Shown here one piece after another: positions 18,190-28,217 of a stretch of DNA of 64,000 nt. Numbering within the stretch: the first letter of the stretch is position 1; every line of letters starts with the position of its first letter. The notes beneath the pieces are model-generated. The model did not search any database, was not told the DNA's origin, and was given only the letters and a program-made list of their open reading frames with translations. This stretch comes from Pseudobdellovibrionaceae bacterium (GTDB lineage Bacteria; Bdellovibrionota; Bdellovibrionia; Bdellovibrionales; Bdellovibrionaceae): the NCBI GenBank assembly GCA_039810425.1, contig JBDHWW010000015.1, positions 1-64,000 on the forward strand. The letters run 5' to 3'. The position numbers and the translations under genes were made by a program.

Positions 18190-18884
18190 TTGCCACCCCC
18201 AAAGAAGTTTCCGATTTTAACGGCCAAACTCGAATTGACGTTGGGAGCCGGAGTCGCTGATTGATTTCCTAGATCGGCTTTGCTCGGTGCTGTGTGTTTG
18301 ACTGAGGGTTGAACTTTTTTAATCGCAACGGTTTTCGCAGTGACACGTCTGACTTCTTTCAGGGTTGCCCGGAAACGAAGTTGCTTGCCTGTCTTCTGGT
18401 CACGAGGGAACGACAGGGATTGAATGGCCATATTTTCGTACTGTGTGAGGCCCGTGATGACGGTCACAAGTCGTCGGTTTTTCCAGATAGCGGTCAGCAT
18501 ATCGTGGGCAACCTTTGCAGGATCATCGGCATCAGCAAAAAGAGAGGCCCCCGCAAAAGCTCCACCGATAGCACCCAAAGCGGACCCGAAGCCACCGAGC
18601 TGAGAACCCAAAATACTTCCGGCAGCGGAAACAAGGCCCCGCGCTTGCGCGCTGAGGTTGAGCGGCGTTGAGGAAATAACGCCTTCAATTTCCAGCGAGA
18701 TATTTTTCGGACGGATGTGATCTGAAACGTCAGGTCCATCTTCAACGGCGTGTTCAGTGATGTCCGACTCGTAAGTTGGAGTTTCCGTGATGGTCGCATC
18801 CACTAAAAACAGATCTGCTGCAACATCCTGACTTCTGAATTTTGTTCTGACTGGTTCACCAGTTAAAAGAGAGAGGAGTGCCAT
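18186..18884 (-). CDS. Dit-like tail tube initiator
   Basis: ITEHAVEDGPDVSDHI, YENMAIQSL, LKEVR motifs, following the TMP. Confidence 0.8.
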   Translation of the reverse strand: MALLSLLTGEPVRTKFRSQDVAADLFLVDATITETPTYESDITEHAVEDGPDVSDHIRPKNISLEIEGVISSTPLNLSAQARGLVSAAGSILGSQLGGFGSALGAIGGAFAGASLFADADDPAKVAHDMLTAIWKNRRLVTVITGLTQYENMAIQSLSFPRDQKTGKQLRFRATLKEVRRVTAKTVAIKKVQPSVKHTAPSKADLGNQSATPAPNVNSSLAVKIGNFFGGGN

Positions 18885-20626
18885 TAGTAAATCGGTGCCC
18901 CCTCTCCTAGATAAGAACTGTTCACTTTGCGAATGAGAGAAGAAAAACCTTCTTCAACGGACGCCTGAAGTTTTGGAGCGACAGTTGTCGGATCAACGTT
19001 CGGTCCCACGTTGAACGTCATTTGTGATTCGACGCTGACCGGACTTTGGACGTTCGAGGTGACGTTTGAAGTTGAAGTCGTCGGCGCGGCAAGAGGACTC
19101 GCGTTTTTGCCAAGGGCTTCTTGTGCGCCCTGAAGACTCTGAGGAGTTAAGTTTATTTTATCAAAGAAGCTGAAGGCTCCGGCTGGATTGAATCCGCTGA
19201 AAATGCTCGCGCCTCTATTTGATTGTTTTCCCGGAGCATCTTGCGAAGACTGCGCTTTTTGTTGTGCAGCTTTATTTCTTTCGACAATTTCATAGGCCCC
19301 CGTGGTATCGAGCTGACCTAATTTAGCTCCGATTTTTTCTCCGACCCATCCAAGACCTTTTCCAATGGCTGAGAAGACTGGCGCAAGATATTCGGCCACG
19401 GCTTTTGCAATCTTCATGATCCAACCGAACATGATCGAATAGGCTTCAACCACGTCCATGACCGCTTTTTTGATGAGTGAAAAGACTCCGAGGATGGCTT
19501 TTCCAAGCACGGGAAAATTCGCTAGGAACTTTCCAAAATAACTTTCTCCCCCCTGGAAGAAGGTCACAATGTCTTCAATCATGAGTCCGACCGCAAGAGC
19601 GATGGCCCCAATTGCAAGAGGAATGGCGAGAGCTGCAACGTCCATCGCCACGAAAGCGGCAACGGCTCTCCACACGGCAATGATGACGGAACCAATTCCA
19701 GAGACGAGTTTTCCGGCAAGAAAAACCGCCGCGATCACGCCGACGATCTTTGCCACGCGCTCAAGGCCGCCAAACATATCAACGAAACGGCCCACGGATT
19801 CAACGAGGGCCAACATCCCACGCCAAACCAGTCGGACGAAGGTTGCCATTCCGTCGAATGCGAATCTGATTTTGTCAGCTAAGCGGACACGGTTTTCAGA
19901 AATAAATTGATTAAACTGCTCAGCGAGAGGTTTGATGACTTTCATCAAGCCCAGTCCAAGAATGTTTCTCAGCCCTCGCAGGGCAAAAACACTTTCCTGG
20001 ATTGTGTCGTTAAACTCCGCGGAGGCTTGAACGGCCTCTTGATCCATCACAAGGCCATAGCGATCAGCAAGGCTTGCGGCCTTTTCGATTTCAGCCGAGC
20101 CCTTATTTAAAAACGGAATCATGTCTCTTCCGGCTTTTCCGAAGATGTCCATAGCGAGAGCCGTTTTTTCCAGACCATCCGGCATTTTAGAAAAGCGATC
20201 AGAAATCAGGTTGAGGGCTTCGGTTGCCGATGGGATTCGGCCACCCATGCGGCCAATGTCGATTCCAACTTTTCTGAGTGACTTGGCTGTGTCGGCAGAA
20301 CCGTCACGCGCAGACGTGAGGTTCTTCGCAAGCGTTCCGAGTCCTTGCTGAAGTGACCCATTTGAAATGTTCGCATATTCGGCGGCAGTCTGAAGACGCT
20401 GAAGGGTCTCAACATTGAGGCCCAGTTTCATCGCTGTCTTTCCGGCTTCATCACCGGCATTGGCCGTGAGCTTTGCAAACCCGAAAAGAGTTGCAGACGC
20501 CGCCGTAACAGAAAGACCGATGGTTGAAAGCGTACTTTTTAGACCATCAAGTTTTTCTTCGACTTTTTTTAGTTTGGTATCGTCAAATTCGAGACCAAGC
20601 TTTGCGTAGAGTTCACGAACAATCAT
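18884..20626 (-). CDS. Tape measure protein
   Basis: 580-aa Ala/Gly-rich helical protein with hydrophobic core, following the chaperone. Confidence 0.88.
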   Translation of the reverse strand: MIVRELYAKLGLEFDDTKLKKVEEKLDGLKSTLSTIGLSVTAASATLFGFAKLTANAGDEAGKTAMKLGLNVETLQRLQTAAEYANISNGSLQQGLGTLAKNLTSARDGSADTAKSLRKVGIDIGRMGGRIPSATEALNLISDRFSKMPDGLEKTALAMDIFGKAGRDMIPFLNKGSAEIEKAASLADRYGLVMDQEAVQASAEFNDTIQESVFALRGLRNILGLGLMKVIKPLAEQFNQFISENRVRLADKIRFAFDGMATFVRLVWRGMLALVESVGRFVDMFGGLERVAKIVGVIAAVFLAGKLVSGIGSVIIAVWRAVAAFVAMDVAALAIPLAIGAIALAVGLMIEDIVTFFQGGESYFGKFLANFPVLGKAILGVFSLIKKAVMDVVEAYSIMFGWIMKIAKAVAEYLAPVFSAIGKGLGWVGEKIGAKLGQLDTTGAYEIVERNKAAQQKAQSSQDAPGKQSNRGASIFSGFNPAGAFSFFDKINLTPQSLQGAQEALGKNASPLAAPTTSTSNVTSNVQSPVSVESQMTFNVGPNVDPTTVAPKLQASVEEGFSSLIRKVNSSYLGEGAPIY

Positions 20627-20862
20627 TTTCGCCCCTTGGCAGCTTTTTCTTCCGCCTTTCGTTTCGCTTCCTGGTCCAGTGTTAGAGCTTCGTTGGCATC
20701 GAGCAGATCAAGGATTGACCAGTGCTCCTCAATCTCGTGAAGGGTCGCCATTCCAGAAATGACGACTCTCCACACGGGCCATATCAGGTGTTCTGGGACT
20801 GAAAGTCCGCTTTGCTCGCGAGGTCTTGAAGCCCTTGCAGCCCCGCGAGACCGCCTAAAAAA
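20623..20862 (-). CDS. Tail chaperone frameshift extension (gpGT-like), entered by -1 slip at TTTTTTA
   Basis: Slippery heptamer 20862-20856; -1 frame open to TGA 20623, encoding ...WPVWRVVISGMATLHEIEEHWSILDLLDANEAL... Confidence 0.8.
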   Translation of the reverse strand, partial: FFRRSRGAARASRPREQSGLSVPEHLIWPVWRVVISGMATLHEIEEHWSILDLLDANEALTLDQEAKRKAEEKAAKGRK

Positions 20863-21254
20863 TCGCTGTATTGGAAAGCGACGGTTTTCCCTAGAACCTT
20901 GAACAAGTGACCGATGCGACCTTGGAAGTGGACATCAAAGTATTCAGCGCCGACGCCGCGGAGCTGTCCGCTTTTGGCATCAATGACTTGCACGGATTCC
21001 AAGATGTCTTTAATCAGCAGCTCGACTTCGTTTTCGTCGATGCGTGAGCTGAGCGCACTGATGGCCTGTCCAAGAACGGCATTTGCGGCCGCTTCGTCAT
21101 TTTCTTTGATGGCTTTTCCGGCGCTCAGAAACTTTGCGACGGGTTCACCCGCAAACTTCACAAGCCTTGCGAAAATTCGAGTGCCGCGAGTTGCAGAAAA
21201 ATGTCTAACTTTGTAGTTCTCTCCGTCGATGTTGAACTGTTCTTCAAACCGCAT
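20784..21254 (-). CDS. Tail assembly chaperone (gpG-like)
   Basis: Between tube and TMP; FDVHFQG..L.KV...YSDF motif. Confidence 0.8.
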   Translation of the reverse strand: MRFEEQFNIDGENYKVRHFSATRGTRIFARLVKFAGEPVAKFLSAGKAIKENDEAAANAVLGQAISALSSRIDENEVELLIKDILESVQVIDAKSGQLRGVGAEYFDVHFQGRIGHLFKVLGKTVAFQYSDFLGGLAGLQGLQDLASKADFQSQNT

Positions 21255-21670
21255 TAGTTACCTCCCAAGAACAATTGAAGGTTGTCGGTTTCAAGAACCC
21301 ATTCGACTTCGCGGACTTCGTTATCAAAGCCCAAGACCGGAAGCTTCTTCACATAGGCTTGTTCAGAAGCAATCAGAGCGCGTCCACTGAGATCTTTGAT
21401 AAGGACAGGAACAAGTCCGCCATTGTTGAGTTCATCTGCTGCCGCAAACCCCGAAAGAATGTCATTCGAGTCACTGCTTGAAAGCAGAGTGAAACGAACC
21501 TGACCTGATTTGTTATTGGATTTAGACCTTGTGCCTTCGCCATCAATGCCGACCGTCATCGAGTAAGCGTCTTCTGTGCGCTCGGCTTCAATGAATGTCC
21601 CAGGCGCGAAGCCTGCAAGTGATCTTCCTCCGACCGTAGCCACGACTTGACTTGGATCATACGTTTTCAT
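21254..21670 (-). CDS. Tail tube protein (DUF3277-like)
   Basis: MKTYDP..V, GIDGEG, FTLL..S.SN..L motifs. Confidence 0.85.
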   Translation of the reverse strand: MKTYDPSQVVATVGGRSLAGFAPGTFIEAERTEDAYSMTVGIDGEGTRSKSNNKSGQVRFTLLSSSDSNDILSGFAAADELNNGGLVPVLIKDLSGRALIASEQAYVKKLPVLGFDNEVREVEWVLETDNLQLFLGGN

Positions 21671-21684
21671 CTAAAAGTTCCTCC

Positions 21685-22977
21685 TTAAACTGAAACAAAG
21701 CCTTTGACCGTTACCTCGCCAATCGCGCCAGCAAGACGGAACTCAAAGGCAATGTCTGGGAAAATTCGATCTTGACGAAGTTGCGGATCAACCTCGGCGA
21801 CCTTTTGTGATTCGACTGTGTATCCGTCATCGCGGGAAATACCGCCCACGCGGATGCCTTCTTCAATTTTGGCGCGCACAATCGCTTCAAGAGAGGTCAC
21901 GCCGCCGTCCGTGTAAGGGACCTTTTCAACGCTCACAAGAAGTCCATAGATTCCTTCTTGCACTCGCGCCGTGAACCAATCCAAGAAGCGTGTGACATCA
22001 ATCCATTGGCCGCTTGCCATCTTTCCTTTTTGAACGATTCCAACGCCGCCGACCGTGGTGTAATGATTCACGTTCTTTGCGTTGAGGTTTGAGAGCTCCG
22101 TTGCATTCAACACGTCGGTCGAAATTCCCGAGAGACTTGCATAGCGCCATTGTTCAGAACCTGGATCAGTGGGAAGTTTTCGTCCGGCCCAAGCCGCTTC
22201 GGGACCACTCGCTTCATCGCCACTCCAAAGAAGTGCCGTGCGGTTGTAGGTTTTTTGTTTGAGGACGCTTCCAAGGTCGGTCGTGCTGGCTGTTTTGATG
22301 GAAAGGCCATCGCTCGCGGCGATAAAGATCTTTCTCAAGGCTTCGATGTAAGCCGCAGCCTGAAGAATCTCTAAGTCATCACGCGAAGTCAGAATCAGGC
22401 AATACCAGTCGTCATTGACTTGCTGAAGTGCCTGGATGTCTTCAATAACGCCGTGATTTGCGGTTGTATGAACAATTGCAAGATTGCTGGACGCGCTGAC
22501 CGAGTTGGCTTCACCAGGATTTTCGGCAGTCAAAATCAAAGTCGTCGTCCCGGACCCGCTCATCTTACAAAGTGGATCTGCATTGATAAGAGCGATAAGG
22601 CCGGCCACGATCTCGGTTGCCGTTGCATCAGCATCCGAAGTAAATTCATAGTCTTCGCCATTGATAGTGACTTTATAGGCCGTGGTGTTTGCCACCGTGG
22701 GCGTCAGTGTTTCAATCTGCACAACCTTAACGGCTCTTTTTCCAATACGAATTTGACGAGGCTTTTTCTCCTGGGAAAAGAGGCGCTGCGCCCATTTGTA
22801 TTCGTCATCGGTTGTATCAAAATCCTCGGCCACTCCCGGCAAACTCGTGTAGGTTCTAACGAGGTCCGATCCGAAATCTCCATTCGGGCCAAGCACGAGC
22901 GGAGTTCCGAATCCGGCACGAGTGACGGATTTGCTCCCCAAGGTGATTTGAATATTGACGATTTCATCTAAGCTCAT
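21685..22977 (-). CDS. Tail sheath protein (DUF3383-like)
   Basis: AAGGAGG before ATG 22977; GFGTPL, GKMASGQWIDV, KVPYTDGG, LAGAI. Confidence 0.9.
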   Translation of the reverse strand: MSLDEIVNIQITLGSKSVTRAGFGTPLVLGPNGDFGSDLVRTYTSLPGVAEDFDTTDDEYKWAQRLFSQEKKPRQIRIGKRAVKVVQIETLTPTVANTTAYKVTINGEDYEFTSDADATATEIVAGLIALINADPLCKMSGSGTTTLILTAENPGEANSVSASSNLAIVHTTANHGVIEDIQALQQVNDDWYCLILTSRDDLEILQAAAYIEALRKIFIAASDGLSIKTASTTDLGSVLKQKTYNRTALLWSGDEASGPEAAWAGRKLPTDPGSEQWRYASLSGISTDVLNATELSNLNAKNVNHYTTVGGVGIVQKGKMASGQWIDVTRFLDWFTARVQEGIYGLLVSVEKVPYTDGGVTSLEAIVRAKIEEGIRVGGISRDDGYTVESQKVAEVDPQLRQDRIFPDIAFEFRLAGAIGEVTVKGFVSV

Positions 22978-22997
22978 TTTTTTCCTCCTTGTAAGCG

Positions 22998-23516
22998 TCA
23001 GCCGATGTCGGTTTGGTCTCCGCTTGCGTTGTTCAAAATTCCGGTCTGTTCGATGAATCCGACGTTTTCTGTGATTGCCATGACGCAACCAAAATCCATG
23101 TCGAACTGAGTTCTGTTTTCAAAATTGGTTTCGAGCGGCACACTCACGTTCTTTGGTGATGTGTTAGAAAGAAGGGATACGGAACGTGCTGCCAGAAGAT
23201 CCATAGCGGAAACTTTTGACAGACCGTTGGTGATGAGTGCCGCAATCTCATCCGCATCTTTTCCGTAAGCATTGACGGACACCGTGAAAGCTCGTTGGCC
23301 TTCAAACGAATAAACTCCTGGCGAGCTCTGCCTCATGTCGTCTTCGCCATAGGAGCGAGGACCCGAAACAACATTTAGTCCGATATAAGGATTCTTCGGT
23401 CGAGGTGATCCTTGTTCCAGCCAAACGACTCGCGCCGCAGGAACGAGAGGAGCCGAGAGCGCAGAAATCAAATCCCAAACCGCTTTTCTAAATTGAGTGA
23501 CCGTGATGGCGCTCAT
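22998..23516 (-). CDS. Tail terminator/neck protein
   Basis: Position before the sheath; Q..PRP..PY motif. Confidence 0.65.
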   Translation of the reverse strand: MSAITVTQFRKAVWDLISALSAPLVPAARVVWLEQGSPRPKNPYIGLNVVSGPRSYGEDDMRQSSPGVYSFEGQRAFTVSVNAYGKDADEIAALITNGLSKVSAMDLLAARSVSLLSNTSPKNVSVPLETNFENRTQFDMDFGCVMAITENVGFIEQTGILNNASGDQTDIG

Positions 23517-23875
23517 GGTGAGTCCTCCTGGTTATTCACTCGCAGAAGAAGAGATTTGAAATACGGAATATCGACGTTGCGCCAAGCCTCTACAGATCGA
23601 ACCTGAAACAGCTCCCCATTGACCTCAACCAAGTCAGCAACGCGCAGTCCGTCTTCGCTCGCAGGAGAAAGTTCAACATCCGTGAAAAGGTTGTATGACT
23701 CGCGGTTGCGATCGTTCTCTGGAAGCAGTAAGGATTCTTTCGGCGAAAGAGGTTGCAGCGATCCGATAACTTGAACGGTTTCAATTGCCGAAGGTTGATA
23801 AACTCCTTCAAGGTAATAGCCATTCGTGACAGGTCGTCGGACTGAATAGACTCCGGTTGCAAATGAGAGAATCAT
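23513..23875 (-). CDS. Head-closure protein
   Basis: SLQPL...LLPE..R, AD.V...GE.F.V..V..W motif; position. Confidence 0.65.
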   Translation of the reverse strand: MILSFATGVYSVRRPVTNGYYLEGVYQPSAIETVQVIGSLQPLSPKESLLLPENDRNRESYNLFTDVELSPASEDGLRVADLVEVNGELFQVRSVEAWRNVDIPYFKSLLLRVNNQEDSP

Positions 23876-24378
23876 TCGTTCCTCCCATCCATGACGACGT
23901 GATGACGAATGGAGTTCAGCATCTGGCCCGTATCGACCAAAGGAACATCGCCTTTTTTACCGTCACGAGTTTTCGCTTTGATGGTCGCGGGGCTTAGTTC
24001 CGGTGGAATGTGTTCATTCGTGATGCGGTTTTTAATAAGTGAAACAGCAAAAAGGCCAAGTCTTCCGAGGGCCGTTTCGACGTTGAGCTTTTGGAAAAGC
24101 ACACTCTTTAAAAGCGAAGAAATGGCACCTTGAATCGCCTGAGATTCCTGAATCAAAGTCCCACGGATGAAACTCCGTGGCGGGATTCTTCCGTCTTCAG
24201 ATCCGTACTCATGAATCGTCGCTATCTGCGCGACCGTCAGGGCTGAACCCTTGTGAGGAGCTTCAGCCGAAGGCTCGACGAAGCCAACTTTCACATAGGG
24301 ATGATTCGCGGTCTTTCTTAAGTCCGCCGCAATCTTCTTCCAGCCTCTGTCTTTGTCGATGATCTTCGTTTTTGCCAT
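23872..24378 (-). CDS. Neck/tail-completion protein
   Basis: IHEYG...IPPRSF; TIKAK...PLVDTGQMLNSI. Confidence 0.8.
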   Translation of the reverse strand: MAKTKIIDKDRGWKKIAADLRKTANHPYVKVGFVEPSAEAPHKGSALTVAQIATIHEYGSEDGRIPPRSFIRGTLIQESQAIQGAISSLLKSVLFQKLNVETALGRLGLFAVSLIKNRITNEHIPPELSPATIKAKTRDGKKGDVPLVDTGQMLNSIRHHVVMDGRNE

Positions 24379-24380
24379 AG

Positions 24381-24767
24381 CTATGTCACCATCGGAGTGA
24401 CAAGAAGCTGGCGGCGAAGCCGCAAATACTCCATGCCGTAAGAAGTTGTCGAAAGAAGTGCGTCTTCACCGGATGAACTTGAACCGCCAGGGGCCGAGTA
24501 ACTTCGTTGAAGTTCTCCGACCTTTTCTGACGAAACCGTTCCAGCATTCGAGCTGCCGCCAGAGACTCCGGTTGCAGCCCCTGAACGTTTCAAGAGATGA
24601 GCGACCAGATAGGCCATTCCGGGCGCGTAGGCAGATCCCCAAACCTTCTGACTGACAGAAAGATTCGCAATGTCGAGAAGCGCCTGAATCCTCACGTCAT
24701 TGACGGCAGAGAACTCAGGAAAAAGTGCTTTCACATAGCTGGGATCGACGACGGTCGGAATAGCCAT
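24381..24767 (-). CDS. Head-tail adaptor (DUF4054-like)
   Basis: FPEF, YLVAHLL, SEKVGEL..SY, TSYGMEY. Confidence 0.82.
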   Translation of the reverse strand: MAIPTVVDPSYVKALFPEFSAVNDVRIQALLDIANLSVSQKVWGSAYAPGMAYLVAHLLKRSGAATGVSGGSSNAGTVSSEKVGELQRSYSAPGGSSSSGEDALLSTTSYGMEYLRLRRQLLVTPMVT

Positions 24768-24773
24768 TGGAGA

Positions 24774-25256
24774 CTACTCCTCATCTTTTTTCGTGTTGGT
24801 CGCCGCTGGAGCTTCGAGTTTTTGGATCTGCTCCTCGATGGCGCGTTTGACTTTGGATCTCTTTTCAGAATCCAGCCACTCTTTGAGAATTTTCACGTCG
24901 TAGGTTTCTGCAACCATCGACAAGGCTTTTTTCTCGTTGAATGAAGTCAATGGCGTAACAGGAGGAAGCTCGGGAGGGGCTGCGTTCTTTTTGACGCCAT
25001 CCTTATTATCGCCAAAGGCTTTTTCTTCGAGTTTTGTTTTCTCTTCATCACTGAGTCCCGCCAGTGGGTCTTCCGGTGCTTTTGGAGCGCCCTGGTCAGG
25101 AGTGACGACTTCGATGATTCCGGTATCAACGAAACGTTTGATCTCGGAATCGCTTGCGGCGATGGCCCAAAGTTTTTCATCAACGTTGTTAATGCCTGGA
25201 ATCAGGCGAATGCCGTAGGCATAGTGAATGTTCGGTCTGTTGTATTTTACGATCAC
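24774..25256 (-). CDS. Hypothetical head-associated protein
   Basis: AAGGAG SD before GTG; LIPGIN.V motif; follows the capsid gene. Confidence 0.6.
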   Translation of the reverse strand: MIVKYNRPNIHYAYGIRLIPGINNVDEKLWAIAASDSEIKRFVDTGIIEVVTPDQGAPKAPEDPLAGLSDEEKTKLEEKAFGDNKDGVKKNAAPPELPPVTPLTSFNEKKALSMVAETYDVKILKEWLDSEKRSKVKRAIEEQIQKLEAPAATNTKKDEE

Positions 25257-25297
25257 GGTTTTCTCCTTTGTTTTTTCCTGGGTTCTTTTGGAAGGTC

Positions 25298-25339
25298 GGA
25301 GCTGGCTCTGGAAAACCTAGGAAACCCCAGGCCAGCTCC
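25298..25339 (-). terminator. Long hairpin downstream of the major capsid gene (attenuator or mRNA stabiliser)
   Basis: GGAGCTGGC...GCCAGCTCC 9-bp outer stem plus inner CTGG/CCAG. Confidence 0.55.
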
Positions 25340-25376
25340 TATCTGCTCACTGTCGCCAGTAAGCAGGTTTTCTTTT

Positions 25377-26309
25377 TTAAATTCCGTCGCCGAAAGAAAT
25401 GCTCAATGGGTAGTAGATGATGACGCCACCGAAGGACTCGATGCAGTCGATCACATACTCCAAGTTTCTTTTTTCAGCTTCGAGCTGTTCAAAGTCTGAA
25501 GGGACTTCCAGAGTCAGAACTTCGGGATCGCGGCGGTAAGCAACGGCGCGATCAATTCCAGCACCACCAGCATCGGCAAGCTCATTGACCCATTCGACTT
25601 GCTTGATGAAAGGATTATTTCCCAAGAAGTATTTCAGGATCGTCGTGTCGGAATTGTCCGAACGCGGAGTGCTTGCGATATAGGTGTACTGTTCAAGCGG
25701 CAAAAGAAGTGTGTCAGGAACTTCGATGCCTTTCGTGTTGGCCGGAACGGAGTTTGCGACCAAGTTCAGATCACGAATGATTTGCGCCGGAGTTTTTGTG
25801 CTCCATGCTTTGGACGCTCCGGTTCCATCGGCAGGAATCGTGACCGTGGGAATGTTCGGATTCGTCAAGAACCCAGGCAGTCCCGTTGAAGCGTCACCAA
25901 CGAACGCGATTTTGTTCTCAGCTTGTGAGACCGCACGACGAGCGAAACTTGCGCGACGCTGATCGAGACGTTTTCCCACCATGTTAGAAGAACGAATCTC
26001 TTTGATGGTGTATGCGTAGGCCGCACCCAGTTCTTTGACAGGAGAACTGAACTCTTTCCCTTTCAGGTCAACGCGAGGCAAGTCATCTGCATAATTTGAG
26101 ATGATTTTTCCGATCCCGAATCCGTCATATTGTTGATAGGTGATTTTTGTCGCACCTGGATCAACATCAGGATTCAAAGGGAAAAGACGACGGGCTTTTA
26201 GCTCGGCGTATTTCACGTCATAGGTGTTTGACTTCACATACTCTAGTTCACGCTGAAAGAACGCACTTTCAGCGGCGTCCAGATGCAGAAGTTGTCTTTG
26301 ATTTTTCAT
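25377..26309 (-). CDS. Major capsid protein (DUF2184/encapsulin-like HK97 fold)
   Basis: ADDLPRVD, ENKIAFVGD, PDTLLLP, GGVIIYYP. Confidence 0.9.
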   Translation of the reverse strand: MKNQRQLLHLDAAESAFFQRELEYVKSNTYDVKYAELKARRLFPLNPDVDPGATKITYQQYDGFGIGKIISNYADDLPRVDLKGKEFSSPVKELGAAYAYTIKEIRSSNMVGKRLDQRRASFARRAVSQAENKIAFVGDASTGLPGFLTNPNIPTVTIPADGTGASKAWSTKTPAQIIRDLNLVANSVPANTKGIEVPDTLLLPLEQYTYIASTPRSDNSDTTILKYFLGNNPFIKQVEWVNELADAGGAGIDRAVAYRRDPEVLTLEVPSDFEQLEAEKRNLEYVIDCIESFGGVIIYYPLSISFGDGI

Positions 26310-26337
26310 AAATTGGATTCCTTTCCTAAGTTTTGGA

Positions 26338-26844
26338 TTACGCCGGAGGAGTAAAAGTTGTTGCTGGGAAGTTCACTTCAATGACAGCCAGGCCATTTGC
26401 CGAAGCGCCTGTCAGGAATTGGGCACCGGCTAATTTCGCAAGACCCGTGTTGGCGGCTCCCGCAAAACTCCCCAAACCGTTTCCACCTGCCGCGTGTCGA
26501 ACATAAACGTCAGATCCTGGCGTCACGGTGTCTTCGACTTTCACCCATGCACGGCCCTTGCGAAGAGTGGAGACCACGGACTTTTCAGGGTATTGCGGAT
26601 CACCCGTAAGACTTTGCTCAAGGGCTTGAGTGGAAAGAGAAAGGCCAAGTGTTCGCTGCGCATTCGTAACGTCGAGCGCGGACGAAGGAAGTTTTCCTTG
26701 GAAATCGCCCGTGTCTTTGACTAGAAGGCGCCCGAATAGAATTGCGGTCAGACACTTGATGCTGATTTTGTCTGTAAAGCCAGAATCATAGAGCTGTCCT
26801 TCGTAGGCTGCCGCTCCCTGATCTGTTGAGTAAGATGTTTGCAT
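26338..26844 (-). CDS. Capsid decoration/cement protein
   Basis: Between protease and MCP; LRKGRAWV, VYVR, GAQF motifs. Confidence 0.75.
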   Translation of the reverse strand: MQTSYSTDQGAAAYEGQLYDSGFTDKISIKCLTAILFGRLLVKDTGDFQGKLPSSALDVTNAQRTLGLSLSTQALEQSLTGDPQYPEKSVVSTLRKGRAWVKVEDTVTPGSDVYVRHAAGGNGLGSFAGAANTGLAKLAGAQFLTGASANGLAVIEVNFPATTFTPPA

Positions 26845-26871
26845 TTTGAAATCTCCTTTTTTAAAAATTTC

Positions 26872-28113
26872 TTACTTGGTTGCTGAAAGTGGTTTTTTCC
26901 ATTCGTCTTCTGAGTCCTTGCGCATTTGTTTGCGCTTCTCATCAGAGTCCGGTGCGGCTTCATTTCGAGAGTCGTTTTTCACAACTGCTTTTCCGAAATT
27001 TGTGTTGAAGTCGGAACGCGCACGAATTTTTTCGGCAACCGAGTCGAAACGTGTTTCGAGGTAGATTTCAGATTTGCCGTCAAGAATGGCCGTTGGGCTG
27101 TCAGCTTGAATGATGGCCTTCTTGATCTCGACATCAGACATCGAGTCCATTTTTTCGATCTGCTCTTGCGGAAGAACGTGGGCCGCAATCTTCTCCAAGC
27201 TCATGCGAGCCTTCGCAAATTCGCGGACCTTGGCATCGCTCGGATCAACGGAGTCGGTTCTCTTTTTGAGTTCTTCATTTGCGGCATCAAGCTTGGCTTG
27301 AGTGGCCTCAAGTTTCGCTTCTGTTTCCGTGAGCTTTGTCTCGGCGCTTGTGGCCTTCGTTGTCAGCTCTGAGTTCTCTTTTTTTAGAGTGGCATTTGTT
27401 GAGTTTGCAGAATCCAGATCCGTTTTCGTTTTCTGGTGAACTGCTTGGTCAGCCTCGACAGCGGCCTGAACCTCAGATGTAACCTCATGTTCTTTTCCAT
27501 CAAGGCGTACTTTTCCCATTGAAATCTCCTCTTTCTTTTTTGGTTTTGGGTTTTGAATTGGTTCGACTTCCATCACGGCATCTTCCGAATCGAGGCGAAT
27601 GCGGACATCAGGTCCGGCGCGGCCCTTATCGACGATGGCGATATGGTTGTATTTGATGTTTCGTTGGATGAAGTCGTAGGCTTGACCCTGGTAAACGCCA
27701 GGTTCCTCGACAAGATCTGCGGTATAACCGCAAGAGACTTCGCGCATTCCATCGGACTCAACGGCACCGATGGCGTCAGCGTGTGAAATGATGATGGTCC
27801 CTGAAACCTTGTCACCATCACGATTGATCGACTCTAAGGCGTATCCTTTTTGATAAAGCGATACGTTTTCAGGAGTAATCATTTCGGGAGGATGTCTGAG
27901 GGTGACAGGTGCGCCGACTAATGTTGAAAGCGAGTCCTCTTTGAAAACTTCATCAGGTGGACGAAATTCACGGATGATTTTTCCTTCGCCTGTTTTGTAA
28001 GTGAAAACTCCCGCGCGAGTTGCAAAAATCGGAACGCGCAAAAATCCCTGCGGAGTTTTTTCCGCAGACTGAAGTTCACCTTTATCAAAACGATTTACTG
28101 ATTTTGTTTTCAT
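26872..28113 (-). CDS. Prohead protease/scaffold (DUF2213)
   Basis: TPQGFL, EVSCGY, NHIAIVDKGRAG; coiled-coil C-half. Confidence 0.88.
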   Translation of the reverse strand: MKTKSVNRFDKGELQSAEKTPQGFLRVPIFATRAGVFTYKTGEGKIIREFRPPDEVFKEDSLSTLVGAPVTLRHPPEMITPENVSLYQKGYALESINRDGDKVSGTIIISHADAIGAVESDGMREVSCGYTADLVEEPGVYQGQAYDFIQRNIKYNHIAIVDKGRAGPDVRIRLDSEDAVMEVEPIQNPKPKKKEEISMGKVRLDGKEHEVTSEVQAAVEADQAVHQKTKTDLDSANSTNATLKKENSELTTKATSAETKLTETEAKLEATQAKLDAANEELKKRTDSVDPSDAKVREFAKARMSLEKIAAHVLPQEQIEKMDSMSDVEIKKAIIQADSPTAILDGKSEIYLETRFDSVAEKIRARSDFNTNFGKAVVKNDSRNEAAPDSDEKRKQMRKDSEDEWKKPLSATK

Positions 28114-28152
28114 GCGCGATTGGGTTCAGTGTGAACACGCGCAAAAAACTTT

Positions 28153-28202
28153 TCACCGCTTCATTTTCAACACGTCGAACGTTCGACAGTTGAATGTTCA
28201 AC
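28153..28202 (-). promoter_or_regulatory. Late-gene motif TCACCGCTTCATTTTCAAC plus array of TTCRAC/GTYGAA half-sites
   Basis: 19-mer 28153-28171; palindromes GTCGAACGTTCGAC 28174-28187 and GTTGAAtgTTCAAC 28189-28202. Confidence 0.65.
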
Positions 28203-28217
28203 GTTGCTTTTCAAATT

